A model generated the notes under the pieces. That model saw only the letters and a program-made list of their open reading frames with translations, had not been told where the DNA came from and made no database searches. From Mobula hypostoma (lineage: Eukaryota): a DNA stretch of 64,000 bases. This document shows positions 24,001 to 33,826 of the stretch, piece by piece; the first letter of the stretch is position 1; each line of letters begins with the position of its first letter. Made by a program: the position numbers and the translations under genes. The stretch spans positions 116,128,001-116,192,000 of the forward strand of contig NC_086108.1 of the NCBI RefSeq assembly GCF_963921235.1, given 5' to 3'.

Positions 24001-27000
24001 AGTGTGTGGTGTGTGTACAAGAGAGAGGGTGAATGTGTGGGGTGTGTGAGAGAGAGGGTGAGTGTGTGGGGTGTGTACGAGAGAGAGGGTGAGTGTGTGG
24101 GGTGTGTATGAGAGAGAGGATGAGTGTGTGGGGTGTGTACGAGAGAGAGGGTGAGTGTGTGGGGTGTGTAAGAGAGAGAGGGTGAGTGTGTGGGGTGTGT
24201 ATGAGAGAGAGGGTGAGTGTGTAGGGTGTGTATGAGAGAGGGTGAGTGTGTGGGGTGTGCACGAGAGAGAGGGTGAGTGTGTGGGGTGTGCATGATAGAG
24301 AGGGTGTGTGGGGTTTGTACGAGAGCGGGTGAGTGTGCGGTGTGTGTACGAGAGAGAGGGTGAGTGTGTGCGGTGTGTACGAGAGAGAGTGTGAGTGTGT
24401 GGCGTGTACAAGAGAGTGGATGAGTGTGTGGGGTGTGTACGAGAGTGAGTGTGAGTGTGTGGGGTGTGTACGAGAGTGAGTGTGTGTGTGTGGGGTGTGT
24501 ATGAGAGAGAGGGTGAGTGTGTGGGGTGTGTACGAGAGAGAGGGTGAGTGTGTGGGGTGTGTACGAGAGAGAGGGTGAGTGTGTTGTGTCTGTATCAGAG
24601 AGAGGATGAGTGTGTCCGGTGTGTATCAACCAGAGGGTGAGTGTGTGGTGTGTGTGAGAGAGGGTGAGTGTGTGGGGTGTGTACGAGAGAGAGGGTGAGT
24701 GTGTGGGGTGTGTATGAGAGAGAGGGTGAGTGTGTGGGGTGTGTATGAGAGAGAGGGTGAGTGTGTGGGGTGTGTACGAGAGAGAGGGTGAGTGTGTGGG
24801 GTGTGTACGAGAGAGAGGGTGAGTGTGTGGGGTGTGTACGAGAGAGAGGGTGAGTGTGTGGGGTGTGTACGAGAGAGAGGGTGAGTGTGTGGGGTGTGTA
24901 TGAGAGAGAGGGTGAGTGTGTGGGGTGTGTTAGAGAGAGGGTGAGTGTGTGGGGTGTGTATGAGAGAGAGGGTGAGTGTGTGGGGTGTGTATGAGAGAGA
25001 GGGTGAGTGTGTGGGGTGTGTATGAGAAAGAGCGTGAGTGTGTTGGGTGTGTATGAGAGAGAGGGTGAGTGTGCGTGGTGTGTTTGAGAGAGAGGGTGAG
25101 TGTGTGGGGTGTGTATGAGAGAGAGGATGAGTGTGTGGGGTGTGTACGAGAGAGAGGATGAGTGTGTGGGGTGTGTACGAGAGAGAGGGTAAGTGCGTGG
25201 GGTGTGTATGAGAGAGGGTGAGTGTGTCGGGTGTGTATGAGAGAGGGTGAGTGTGTGGGGTGTGCACGAGAGAGAGGGTGAGTGTTTGGGATGTGCATGA
25301 GAGAGAGGGTGAGTGTGTGGGGAGTGAATGAGAGGGTGGATGTGTGGGGTTTGTACGAGAGCGGGTGAGTATGCGGTGACTGTACGAGAGAGAGGGTGAG
25401 TGTGTGCCGTGTGTACGAGAGAGATTGTGACTGTGTGCGGTTTGTACAAGAGAGTGGATGAGTGTGTGGGTGTGTGCGAGAGTGAGTGTGAGTGTTTGGG
25501 GTGTGTACGAGAGAGAGGGTGAGTGTGTGGGGTGTGTATGAGAGAGAGGGTGAGTGTGTAGGGTGTGCACGAGAGAGAGGGTAACTGTCGGGAGTGAATG
25601 ACAGAGAGGGTGGGTGTGTGGTGTTTGTACGAGAGTGGGTGAGTGTGCGGTGTCTGTACGAGAGAGAGGGTGAGTGTGTGAGATGTGTATGAGAGAGAGG
25701 GTGTGTGTGTGGGGTGTGTATGAGAGAGAGGGTGAGTGTGTGGTGTGTGTATGAGAGAGAGGGTGAGTGTGTGGGGTGTGTATGAGAGAGAGGGTGAGTG
25801 TGTGGGCTGTGTATGAGAGAGAGGGTGAGTGTGTTGTGTGTATCAGAGAGAGGGTGAGTGTGTGGGTGTGTATCAGAGAGAGGGTGAGTGTGTGGTGTGT
25901 GTACAAGAGACTGGGTGAGTGTGTGGGGTGTGTATGAGAGAGAGGGTGAGTGTGTGGGGTGTGTACAAGAGAGAGGGTGAGTGTGTGGGGTGTGTATGAG
26001 AGAGAGGGTGAGTGTGTGGGGTGTGTATGAGAGAGAGGGTGAGTGTGTGGGGTGTGTATGAGAGAGAGGGTGAGTGTGTGGGGTGTGTACGAGAGAGGGT
26101 GAGTGTGTGGGGTGTGTACGAGAGAGAGGGTGAGTGTGTGAGTTGTGTATCAGAGAGAGGGTGAGTGTGTGGGGTGTGTACGAGAGAGGGTGAGTGTGTG
26201 GGTGTGTATGAGAGAGAGGGTGAGTGTGTGTGTGTGTATGAGAGAGAGGGTGAGTGTGCTGTGTGTGTATGAGAGAGAGGGTGAGTGTGTGGGGTGTGTA
26301 CGAGAGAGAGGGTGAGTGTGTGGGGTGTGTACGAGAGAGAGGGTGAGTGTGTGGGGTGTGTACGAGAGAGAGGGTGAGTGTGGGTGTGTATGAGAGAGAG
26401 GGTGAGTGTGTAGGGTGTGTATGAGAGAGAGGGTGAGTGTGTGGGGAGTGTATGAGAGAGAGGGTGAGTGTGTGGGGTTTGTACGAGAGAGGGTGAGTGT
26501 GTGGTGTGTGTACGAGAGAGAGGGTGAGTGTGTGAATGTGTATTAGAGAGAGAGTGAGTGTGATGTGTGTACGAGAGAGAGGATGAGTGTGTGGGGTGTG
26601 TACGAGAGAGAGGGTGAGTGTGTGGGGTGTGTATGAGAGAGAGGGTGAGTGTGTGGGGTGTGTACGAGAGAGAGGGTGAGTGTGTGGGGTGTGTATGAGA
26701 GAGAGGGTGAGTGTGTGGGGTGTGTATGAGAGAGAGGGTGAGTGTGCGTGGTGTGTTTGAGAGAGAGGGTGAGTGTGTGGGGTGTGTATGAGAGAGAGGG
26801 TGAGTGTGTGGGGTGTGTATGAGAGAGGGTGAGTGTGTTGTGTGTGTATCAGAGAGAGGGTGAGTGTGTGGGGTGTGTATCAGAGAGAGGGTGAGTGTGT
26901 GGTGTGTGTACAAGAGAGAGGGTGAGTGTGTGGGGTGTGTACGAGAGAGAGGATGAGTGTGTGGGGTGTGTACGAGAGAGAGGGTGAGTGTGTGGGGTGT

Positions 27001-29220
27001 GTACGAGAGAGAGGGTGAGTGTGTGGGGTGTGTATGAGAGAGAGGGTGAGTGTGTGGTGTGTGTATGAGAGAGATGGTGAGTGTGTGGGGTTTGTACGAG
27101 AGAGATGGTGAGTGTGTGTGTGGTTTGTACGAGAGAGAGGGTGAGTGTGTCGGTGTGTATGAGAGAGAGGATGAGTGTGTCGGCTGTGTTTGAGAGAGAG
27201 GGTGAGTGTTTGGGGTGTGTGTGAGAGAGAGGGTGAGTGTGTTGGGTGTGTACGAGAGAGAGGGTGAGTGTGTGGGGTGTGTATGAGAGAGAGGGTGAGT
27301 GTGTGGGGTGTGTACGAGAGAGAGGGTGAGTGTGTGGGATGTACGAGAGAGAGGTTGAGTGTGTGGGGTGTGTATGTAGTGGGTAAGTTTGTGAATGTGT
27401 ACGAGTGGGAGGGTGAGTGTGTGGAGTGTTTGTGAGAGAGAGAGAGGGTGAGTGTGGCGGTCTTTACGAGAGAGAGCGTGAGGTCTGGGGTTTGTATGAG
27501 AAAGAGGGTGAGTGTGTGGGTGTGTTTGAGAGAGAGGGTGAGGGTGTGAATGTGTATGAGACAGGGTGAGTGTGTGGGTTGTGTGTGAGGGAGAGGGTGA
27601 GTGTGTTGGGTGTGCACGAGAGAGAGGTTGAGTGTGTGGTGTGTGTATGAGAGAGATGGTGAGTGTGTGGGGTTTGTACGAGAGAGAGGGTGAGTGTGTC
27701 GGTGTGTATGAGAGATAGGATGAGTGTGTCGGGTGTGTTTGAGAGAGAGGGTGAGTGTGTGGGTGTTACGAGAGAGGGTGAGTGTGTGGGGTCTCTACGA
27801 GAGAGGGTGAGTGTATGGTGTGTACGAGACAGAGGTTGAGTGTATGGGGTATGTATGAAAGAGAGGGTGAGTGTGTGGGATGTTTACGAGAGAGTGGTTG
27901 AGTGTGTAGGGTGTGTATGGAGAGGGTGAGTGTGTGAATGTGTATGAGAGAGAGGGTGAGTGTGTGGGTTGTGTGTGAGGGAGAGGGTGAGTGTGTTGTG
28001 TCTGTATCAGAGAGAGGATGAGTGTGTCCGGTGTGTATCAGCCAGAGGGTTAGTGTGTGGTGTGTGTACAAGAGAGAGGGTGAGAGTGTGGAGTGTTTGT
28101 GAGAGAGAGAGGGTGAGTGTGGCGGTCTTTACGAGAGAGCGTGAGTTCTGGGGTTTGTACGAGAAAGAGGGTGAGTGTGTGGTGTGTGTATGAGAGAGAT
28201 GGTGAGTGTGCGGGGTTTGTACGAGAGAGACGGTGAGTGTGTCGGTGTGTACGAGAGAGAGGATGAGTGTGTGGGGTGTGTATGAGAGAGAGGGTGAGTG
28301 TGTGGGGTGTGGGTGAGGGTGAGTGTGTTGTGTGTGCACAAGAGAGAGGGTGAGTGTGCGGGGTGTGTACGAGAGAGAAGGTGAGTGTGTGGGGTGTGTA
28401 TGAGAGAGAGGCTGAGTGTGCAGGGTGTGTACGAGAGAGAGGGTGAGTGTGTGGGGTGTGTATGAGAGAGAGGGTGAGTGTGTGGTGTGTGTATTAGAGA
28501 GAAGGTGAGTGTGTGGGGTGTGTATGAGAGAGAGGGTGAGTGTGTGGGGTGTGTACGAGAGAGAGGGTGAGTGTGTGGGGTGTGTATGAGAGAGAGGGTG
28601 AGTGTGTGGTGTGTGTATGAGAGAGAAGGTGAGTGTGTGGGGTGTGAATGAGAGAGAGGCTGAGTGTGTGGGGTGTGTATGAGAGAGTGGGTGAGTGTGT
28701 GGGGTGTGTATCAGAGAGAGGGTGAGTGTGCGGGGTGTGTATCAGAGAGAGGGTGAGTGTGTGGGCTGTGTACGAGAGAGTTGTTGAATGTGTGGGCTGT
28801 GTATGAGAGAGAGGGTGAGTGTGTTGCGTGTGTATGAGAGAGAGGGTGAGTCTGCGGTGTGTGTATCAGAGAGAGTGTGAGTATGCGGGGTTTGTACGAG
28901 AGAGAGGGTGATTGTGTTGGATGTGTACCAGAGAGAGGGTGAGTGTGTGGGGTTTGTACGAGAGAGAGGGTGATTGTGTTGGATGTGTACAAGAGAGAGG
29001 GTGAGTGTGTGGGGTGTGTATGAGAGAGGGTGTGTGCGGGGTGTTTATCAGAGAGGTTGAGTGTGCGGGGTGTGTATTAGGGAGAGGGTGAGTGTATGGT
29101 GTGTGGACGAGTGAGATGTTGAGTGTGTGGGTTTTGTAGGAGAGAGAGGGTGAGTGTGTGAGATGTGTGTGTGACAGAGAGAGCTTGAGTGTTTTGCAGA
29201 GAATGTGTGATGGAGAGAGT
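1..29220. repeat. Large tandem satellite, 31-bp monomer (consensus GAGAGAGAGGGTGAGTGTGTGGGGTGTGTAY, with 29-bp variants lacking one GA), with higher-order repeats
   Basis: The monomer is directly visible throughout, nearly pure at 11900-12500 and 14580-15200. Variant blocks recur at offsets of ~1010 bp (1 vs 1011) and 3185 bp (2021 vs 5206). The array degenerates after ~27350 and runs off the left window edge. Confidence 0.97.
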
Positions 29221-29274
29221 TTGAGTTAGCTTGTGCCCTGGTGCGAACTGATCTGCTGCTGGAGACAATTTCCG

Positions 29275-29690
29275 TGTGTATTGTTTTGTGTGTCTGTGTG
29301 TGCGTGTTTTTGTGTTAGTATGTGTCTGTGGTTGTGCGTTAGCGTGTGTGTGTCTGTGTGTGCGTGCAAGTGTGTGACTGTGAGTGTGTGTGTTTGTGTG
29401 TGTCAGTGTGTGTGTGTGACTGTGTCTGTGAGTGTGTGTGTTTGTGTGTTAGTGTGTCTGTATGATTGTGCCTCTGATTGTGTCTGTATATGAGTGTGAT
29501 TGTGTGTTTGTGAGTGTGTATGTGTATTTGTGTGTGTGTATTATTGTGTGTGGGTGGTGTTTGGGTGGATGGGATGTGGGTTGTGTAGCGGTGGAGTGTG
29601 TGAGTGGGATGGGGTGTGGAATTGTGTTAAGGTGGTGTCTGATGTGTTTGTGTGTGAGAAAATCTATGTGTGTGTGTTTATGTGTGACTT
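29275..29690. repeat. Degenerate (GT)n-rich low-complexity tract
   Basis: Imperfect TG dinucleotide runs such as gtgtgtgtgtctgtgtgtgcgtgc. Confidence 0.85.
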
Positions 29691-29950
29691 TGGGGAGTGT
29701 TTTCACTGGGAGAAAATCAGACATTCTCTGTCACACTGCATTGGGTTGTGAATCCCGAGTTTTATTCCTGCGATTATACCGTGAATTTCCTGATTTCCAC
29801 GCTGTGGCAGTTGGAGCCCACAGTTACAGGGAGACTTGTAACAGTGGTGCCAGTAGAGAGTTAGGAGGGTGGGGACTGTGAGGCGAGAGAAAGAGAGTAC
29901 AATCCTGGAATCAATCAAACGCTACACTGTCGGAAGGCTAGACTCATGCA

Positions 29951-30600
29951 AGGGTCACTCTGTGGGAGGGGTGGTACTGAGGGAGGGTCACACTGTGGGA
30001 GGGGCGGTACTGAGGGAGGATCACACTGTGGGAGGGGAGGTACTGAGGGAGGGTCACACTGTGGGAGGGGTGGTACTGAGGGAGAGTCACACTGTGGGAG
30101 GGGTGGTACTGAGGGAGAGTCACACTGTGGGAGGGGTGGTACTGAGGGAGGGTCACACTGTGGGAGGGGCGGTACTGAGGGAGGGTCACACTGTGGGAGG
30201 GGTGGTACTGAGGGAGGGTCACACTGTGGGAGGGGCGGTACTGAGGGAGGGTCACACTGTGGGAGGGATGGTACTGAGGGAGGGTCGCACTGTGGGAGGG
30301 GCGGTACCGAGGGAGGGCCACACTGTGGGAGGGGCGGTACCGAGGGAGGGCCACACTGTGGGAGCAGCGGTACCGAGGGAGGGTCACTCTGTGGGAGGGT
30401 TTATACTGAGGGAGGGTCACACTGTGGGAGGGGTGGTACCGAGGGAGGGTCACTCTGTGGGAGGGGTGGTTCCGAGGGAGGATCAGTCTGTGGGAGGGGT
30501 GCTACCGAGTGAGGGTCACTCTGTGGGAGGGTTGTACTGAGGGAGGGTCACACTGTGGGTGTTGGTACTGAGGGAGTGCCGTGTTGTGGGAGGGGCACTG
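29951..30600. repeat. 33-bp minisatellite (GAGGGAGGGTCACACTGTGGGAGGGGTGGTACT), about 19 copies
   Basis: Direct tandem units; in the ORF track they translate as the 11-aa repeat REGHTVGGVVL. Confidence 0.95.
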
Positions 30601-30690
30601 CTCAGGGTGGTCTTCTGTACATCCAAAGCCCCGGGGCAGTGTGGGGTGAGGTGTCTGTGGTGGTAGAATTGCAACTTTTGCCAATGGCCT

Positions 30691-30710
30691 GGTTTGATTT
30701 CTCCCGACAG
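30691..30710 (+). promoter_or_regulatory. Candidate splice acceptor for the netrin-G first coding exon
   Basis: Pyrimidine-rich tract ending in AG (ggtttgatttctcccgacag|gggcct). It would give a 544-nt 5' UTR segment before the ATG at 31255. Not confirmed by transcript data. Confidence 0.5.
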
Positions 30711-31254
30711 GGGCCTGATGCTGGGCGGAAGTGGAAATTAATGTGAGGCAGAGTGTCATTTGAAGATGGCTCCCTTTCAATACCAGTGCTGAGCAGCTGA
30801 ACAAATCAGCAGAAAGAATCAAGTCTACCTGGCCCCAGCTCCGGGAGAATTGAAAGCTTCTGTGTCCAAGGTTGTCCAATGAGTTGGTGCTCAACAGCTG
30901 GAACATCTGGTTCACCAGTTACGGGACAACCACTGGAACAGCTGTTTACTGCATGTTATCCTGTTTTGAACCTCAGCTCCAGAAAATTCGTCAACAACAT
31001 TGGATAACATCTGGACACATCTGTCCAGTTCACTGGTTCACCATCTGGAGACCAGCAGCCTCTGGAACATCTGGGTGCTAAACTGGTGTGACTGTCACGT
31101 CCTGTCTTTAGGAACTGCTGTTGTTCTGCCAGTTTCCCAGTTGCAGCCAAACCCCTGGACCATCCGAAGAATTCAGCTGTTCACCGGCTGGGCCCTTGCC
31201 CCAAAACATCTGTCAGAACACACGCTCTGGCCGCAAGCCGAGTGCTGGAGCACA

Positions 31255-31497
31255 ATGCGCCGGTCAGCCCTGCTGCCACTCCAGGCCCTGTGGGCCACAC
31301 TGTGCACCTCCATCGCCCACTTCCCATCATGGGGCCACTACGACCTGTGTAAGACGAAGGTTCACTCGGACCAGGACATGAGCTGGGATTACATGGCCTG
31401 CCAACCCGAGGCTGCGCTGCTCACCCGCTACCTAAAGGTCACCCTCGACCCACCCGACAGCACGTGTGGAGACCCCCCAGAGATGTTCTGCTCTCTG
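31255..31497 (+). CDS. NTNG1: Netrin-G (netrin-G1-like) first coding exon: signal peptide plus start of the laminin N-terminal (LN/VI) domain; partial gene
   Basis: ATG at 31255 (ACAATGC, A at -3) gives 81 aa: MRRSALLPLQALWATLCTSIAHFPSWGHYDLCKTKVHSDQDMSWDYMACQPEAALLTRYLKVTLDPPDSTCGDPPEMFCSL. The motifs WGHYDLCKT, WDYMACQPE and YLKVxLDPPDxTCGDPPExFC are characteristic of netrin-G1. The exon ends in phase 0 at a GTGAGT donor. Orthology to NTNG1 versus a paralogue is not established. Confidence 0.9.
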
Positions 31498-31503
31498 GTG
31501 AGT
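31498..31503 (+). promoter_or_regulatory. Splice donor (CTG|GTGAGT) of the netrin-G first coding exon
   Basis: Canonical GTGAGT lies exactly where netrin-G similarity stops; the ORF-track continuation VSETQAAP... is unrelated. Confidence 0.88.
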
Positions 31504-31644
31504 GAAACTCAGGCAGCACCTCTGCAGGGAGAGCTGGTGCCCACGGTCCAGGCGGTTATTGACACGGACCAACCCGGGGAATCGGGAAAGTTAAATATAC
31601 CATCTTTAGAGAGCAGGGGAAGGGATAAACGGGGACCGGATCGA

Positions 31645-32030
31645 GGGTGTGGGATGAGGGGGAGAGGACGGGTGTGTGGGTAGGGACGAGAGTGCGGGGT
31701 GAGGGGGAGGGGGAACGGGTGTGTGGGTCGGGACGAGAGTGCGGGGTGATGGGGGAGAGAACAGGTGTGTGGGTAGGGACGAGAGTGTGGGGTGAGGGGG
31801 AGAGAACGGGTGTGTGGGTAGGGACGAGAGTGCGGGGTGAGGGGGAGAGGACGGGTGTGTGGGTGGGGACGAGAGTGTGGGGTGAGGGGGGAAAGAACAG
31901 GTGTGTGGGTAGGGACGAGAGTGTGGGGTGAGGGGGAGGGGGAACGGGTATGTGGGTCGGGACGAGAGTGCGGGGTGATGGGGGAGAGAACGGGTGTGTG
32001 GGTAGGGACGAGAGTGTGAGGTAAGGGGGG
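31645..32030. repeat. G-rich ~46-bp minisatellite (GGGTGTGTGGGTAGGGACGAGAGTGYGGGGTGAGGGGGAGAGAAC), about 8 copies
   Basis: Unit starts at about 31671, 31718, 31764, 31809, 31854, 31900, 31947 and 31993. Confidence 0.92.
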
Positions 32031-32271
32031 GAGAGCGTGGGTGTGGGCGGAAGGGTTAGGCGTAAAAATGAAGAGGGGATAAAACAGTGGGAGTGAGAGT
32101 CTGGGGGAGGGCGAGAGAATGAAATGGCAAGGTGTAGGGTGGAAGAGAATGGGGTCGGAAACGTGAGGGTGGGGTGGGGCAGCTGGTGTTTGTGTGGGGG
32201 AGAGTGGGTGATCATGGGTGGGAGAGGGGAGAACGGGGGTTGGGTTGTTAGTGTGTGGGGAGGAACCCATT

Positions 32272-32748
32272 CAATATGGTGAGCATTTCTGGGCCCCTTC
32301 GGGTCATGAGAGTGATCCCTGGAATGAAAGGGTTAATGTATGAGCGGCATTGGATGACTCTGGGCCTGTGCTTGTTGGAGTTTAGAAGGAGGGGTTATTG
32401 AAGACTTCAGTGGAGTCAATGTGGACAGAATGTTTCCTTTCCTGGGGGTCTGGGACAGAGGGCACAGCCTCAGAACAGAAAGATGTCCTTTTAGAACAGA
32501 GATTAAGAGGAATTTCTTGAGCCAGACGGTGATGAATCTGTGCAATTTGTTGCTACAGACGGCTGTGGAGGCCAAGTCATTGGTATATTTGTTTGAAGTG
32601 GAGGTTGATATGTTCTTGGTTTGTCGGGGCATCAATGGATAAAAAGCAGGAAAATGGGATTGAAACGGATAAGAAATCGGCCATGATGGAAGCACCTGAT
32701 GGGCCACATGCCCTAATTCCGCTCTGACATATGTTTATGGTCTTATGG
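32272..32748 (+). mobile_element. Degraded CR1 LINE 3' fragment
   Basis: Translates in part as DRMFP...GHSLR...RNFLSQTVMNLCNLL (CR1 ORF2 C-terminus) and ends in a TATGGTCTTATGG tail. Confidence 0.85.
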
Positions 32749-33227
32749 GCATGGTGGAGCTTTAGCCTGTCTGATAAGAACTCTCCTTTCATGGGCACCG
32801 GGATGGAATACAGGGAGGACTCTGTCAAAACATTAATTCCCCTCTCACTGAGTTAATCATCCCCTCCAGATAACTGGTTCCGACATGTTGTCAGAGGGAA
32901 CTCCTGATTTAATCATCGCCTGTATGCTTCAGCAATAATTGAAAAGGGATAATTTATTGCAGAGTGTGTCGTTTATCAGAGGGAGTTATTCTCCAGGTCA
33001 TTAGCGATCTGCGGTTAAAGATACACTGAATGTCTGCAGTAAATCTTACAGCTGCCCCAAGTTCCCCTGTCGGGACTGTGACTAAAACACAGGCCAGACC
33101 CAGGGGCTTACATGCGTCCACCATCTCCGGAGGTCCCACTATCTTTCCAGAAAAACATCAGCGAAACAGATTATCTGTTATTCAGCCATCAGTTTGTGAG
33201 ATCTTGCCATGCACGTGGTGCTTGTAG

Positions 33228-33826
33228 AGTAACACACATGGAATGCTGTTGAAACTCTGCAGGTTTCTCATCGTCTGTGGAGATGGGTTTGGGCTGACAC
33301 ACTACGTGACCTGATGAGGGGTCTCGGCCCTAAAATTCCACTATTTATTCCCCTCATTTGATACTACCTGTCCTGAATAAGGTTTAGTAGTACTGCCATA
33401 TGTCTTGAAATTTGTTGTTTTGTGACAGCAGTACAGTGCAATTCAGAATACTAAAAACAGTAAATTACAATAAGTGTATAATTATATATCCATAATTACT
33501 TATGTAGTGCAAAAAGAGAGCAAATAAAAAATACTGAGGTGGTGTTCATGGGTTAATTGTCCATTTAGAAATCCAGTGGTGGAGGGGAAGAAACTGTTCA
33601 TTGAGTGAGTGTCTTTCAGCATCTGCACCTCCTTCCTGATGGTAACAGTGAGCGGAGGGCACGTCCTGGGTGAAGGGAGCACTAAATGACGATGCTGCCT
33701 TTTTGAGCCATCACCTTGTCCTCGGTCTCCATGATGGAGCTGGCTGAGTTTGCAACTTTCTACAGGCTACCCAGCATTTTGTGTGTGATGCTCTGAATTT
33801 CCAGCATCGCCACCATCTCTTGTGTT
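33228..33826. mobile_element. Penelope-derived inverted-repeat element, split by a Rex1-like insertion at 33378-33765
   Basis: The left arm (aacacacatggaatgctg...gggtttgggctgacac) is roughly the reverse complement of the right arm (ctgatgaggggtctcggccc...; ccagcattttgtgtgtgatgctctgaatttccagcatc). The right arm resembles the terminus of the Penelope insert at 40471-40549. Confidence 0.6.
33378..33765 (-). mobile_element. Rex1/Babar-like non-LTR retrotransposon 3' fragment
   Basis: The minus strand encodes ...NSFFPSTTGFLN, resembling the Rex1-type ORF C-terminal motif NSFFPxAIRxLN, followed by an AT-rich 3' UTR. Homologous to 46172-46705. Confidence 0.65.

Noticed and set aside
801..28992. Many long His/Thr/Pro/Ser/Leu-rich minus-strand ORFs (up to 644 aa)
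   Set aside because: They are translations of the 31-bp satellite. The minus strand rarely forms stop codons, ORFs overlap in all frames, and 29/31-bp indels do not preserve frame.
1..29220. Telomeric repeat array
   Set aside because: One strand is G-rich, but there are no (TTAGGG)n runs. A subtelomeric location cannot be judged from this window.
29225..29280. Short unique island as a non-coding exon 1
   Set aside because: There is only a weak donor-like CC|GTGTGT and no promoter signature; it cannot be supported without transcript data.
29869..30540. ORF with 11-aa repeats (REGHTVGGVVL) and overlapping repeat ORFs
   Set aside because: The 33-bp unit is a multiple of 3 and is open in several frames on both strands; there is no other coding evidence.
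31000..31683. 227-aa ORF taken as a complete protein
   Set aside because: Only 31255-31497 resembles netrin-G. The upstream part starts at a non-ATG codon in the presumed UTR, and the downstream part reads through the splice donor.
33140..33225. Possible ancient Deu-domain SINE relic (aacatcagcgaaacagattatctg..gtttgtgagatcttgcc)
   Set aside because: The resemblance is from memory only, and the segment is too short and degraded to call without a Dfam search.
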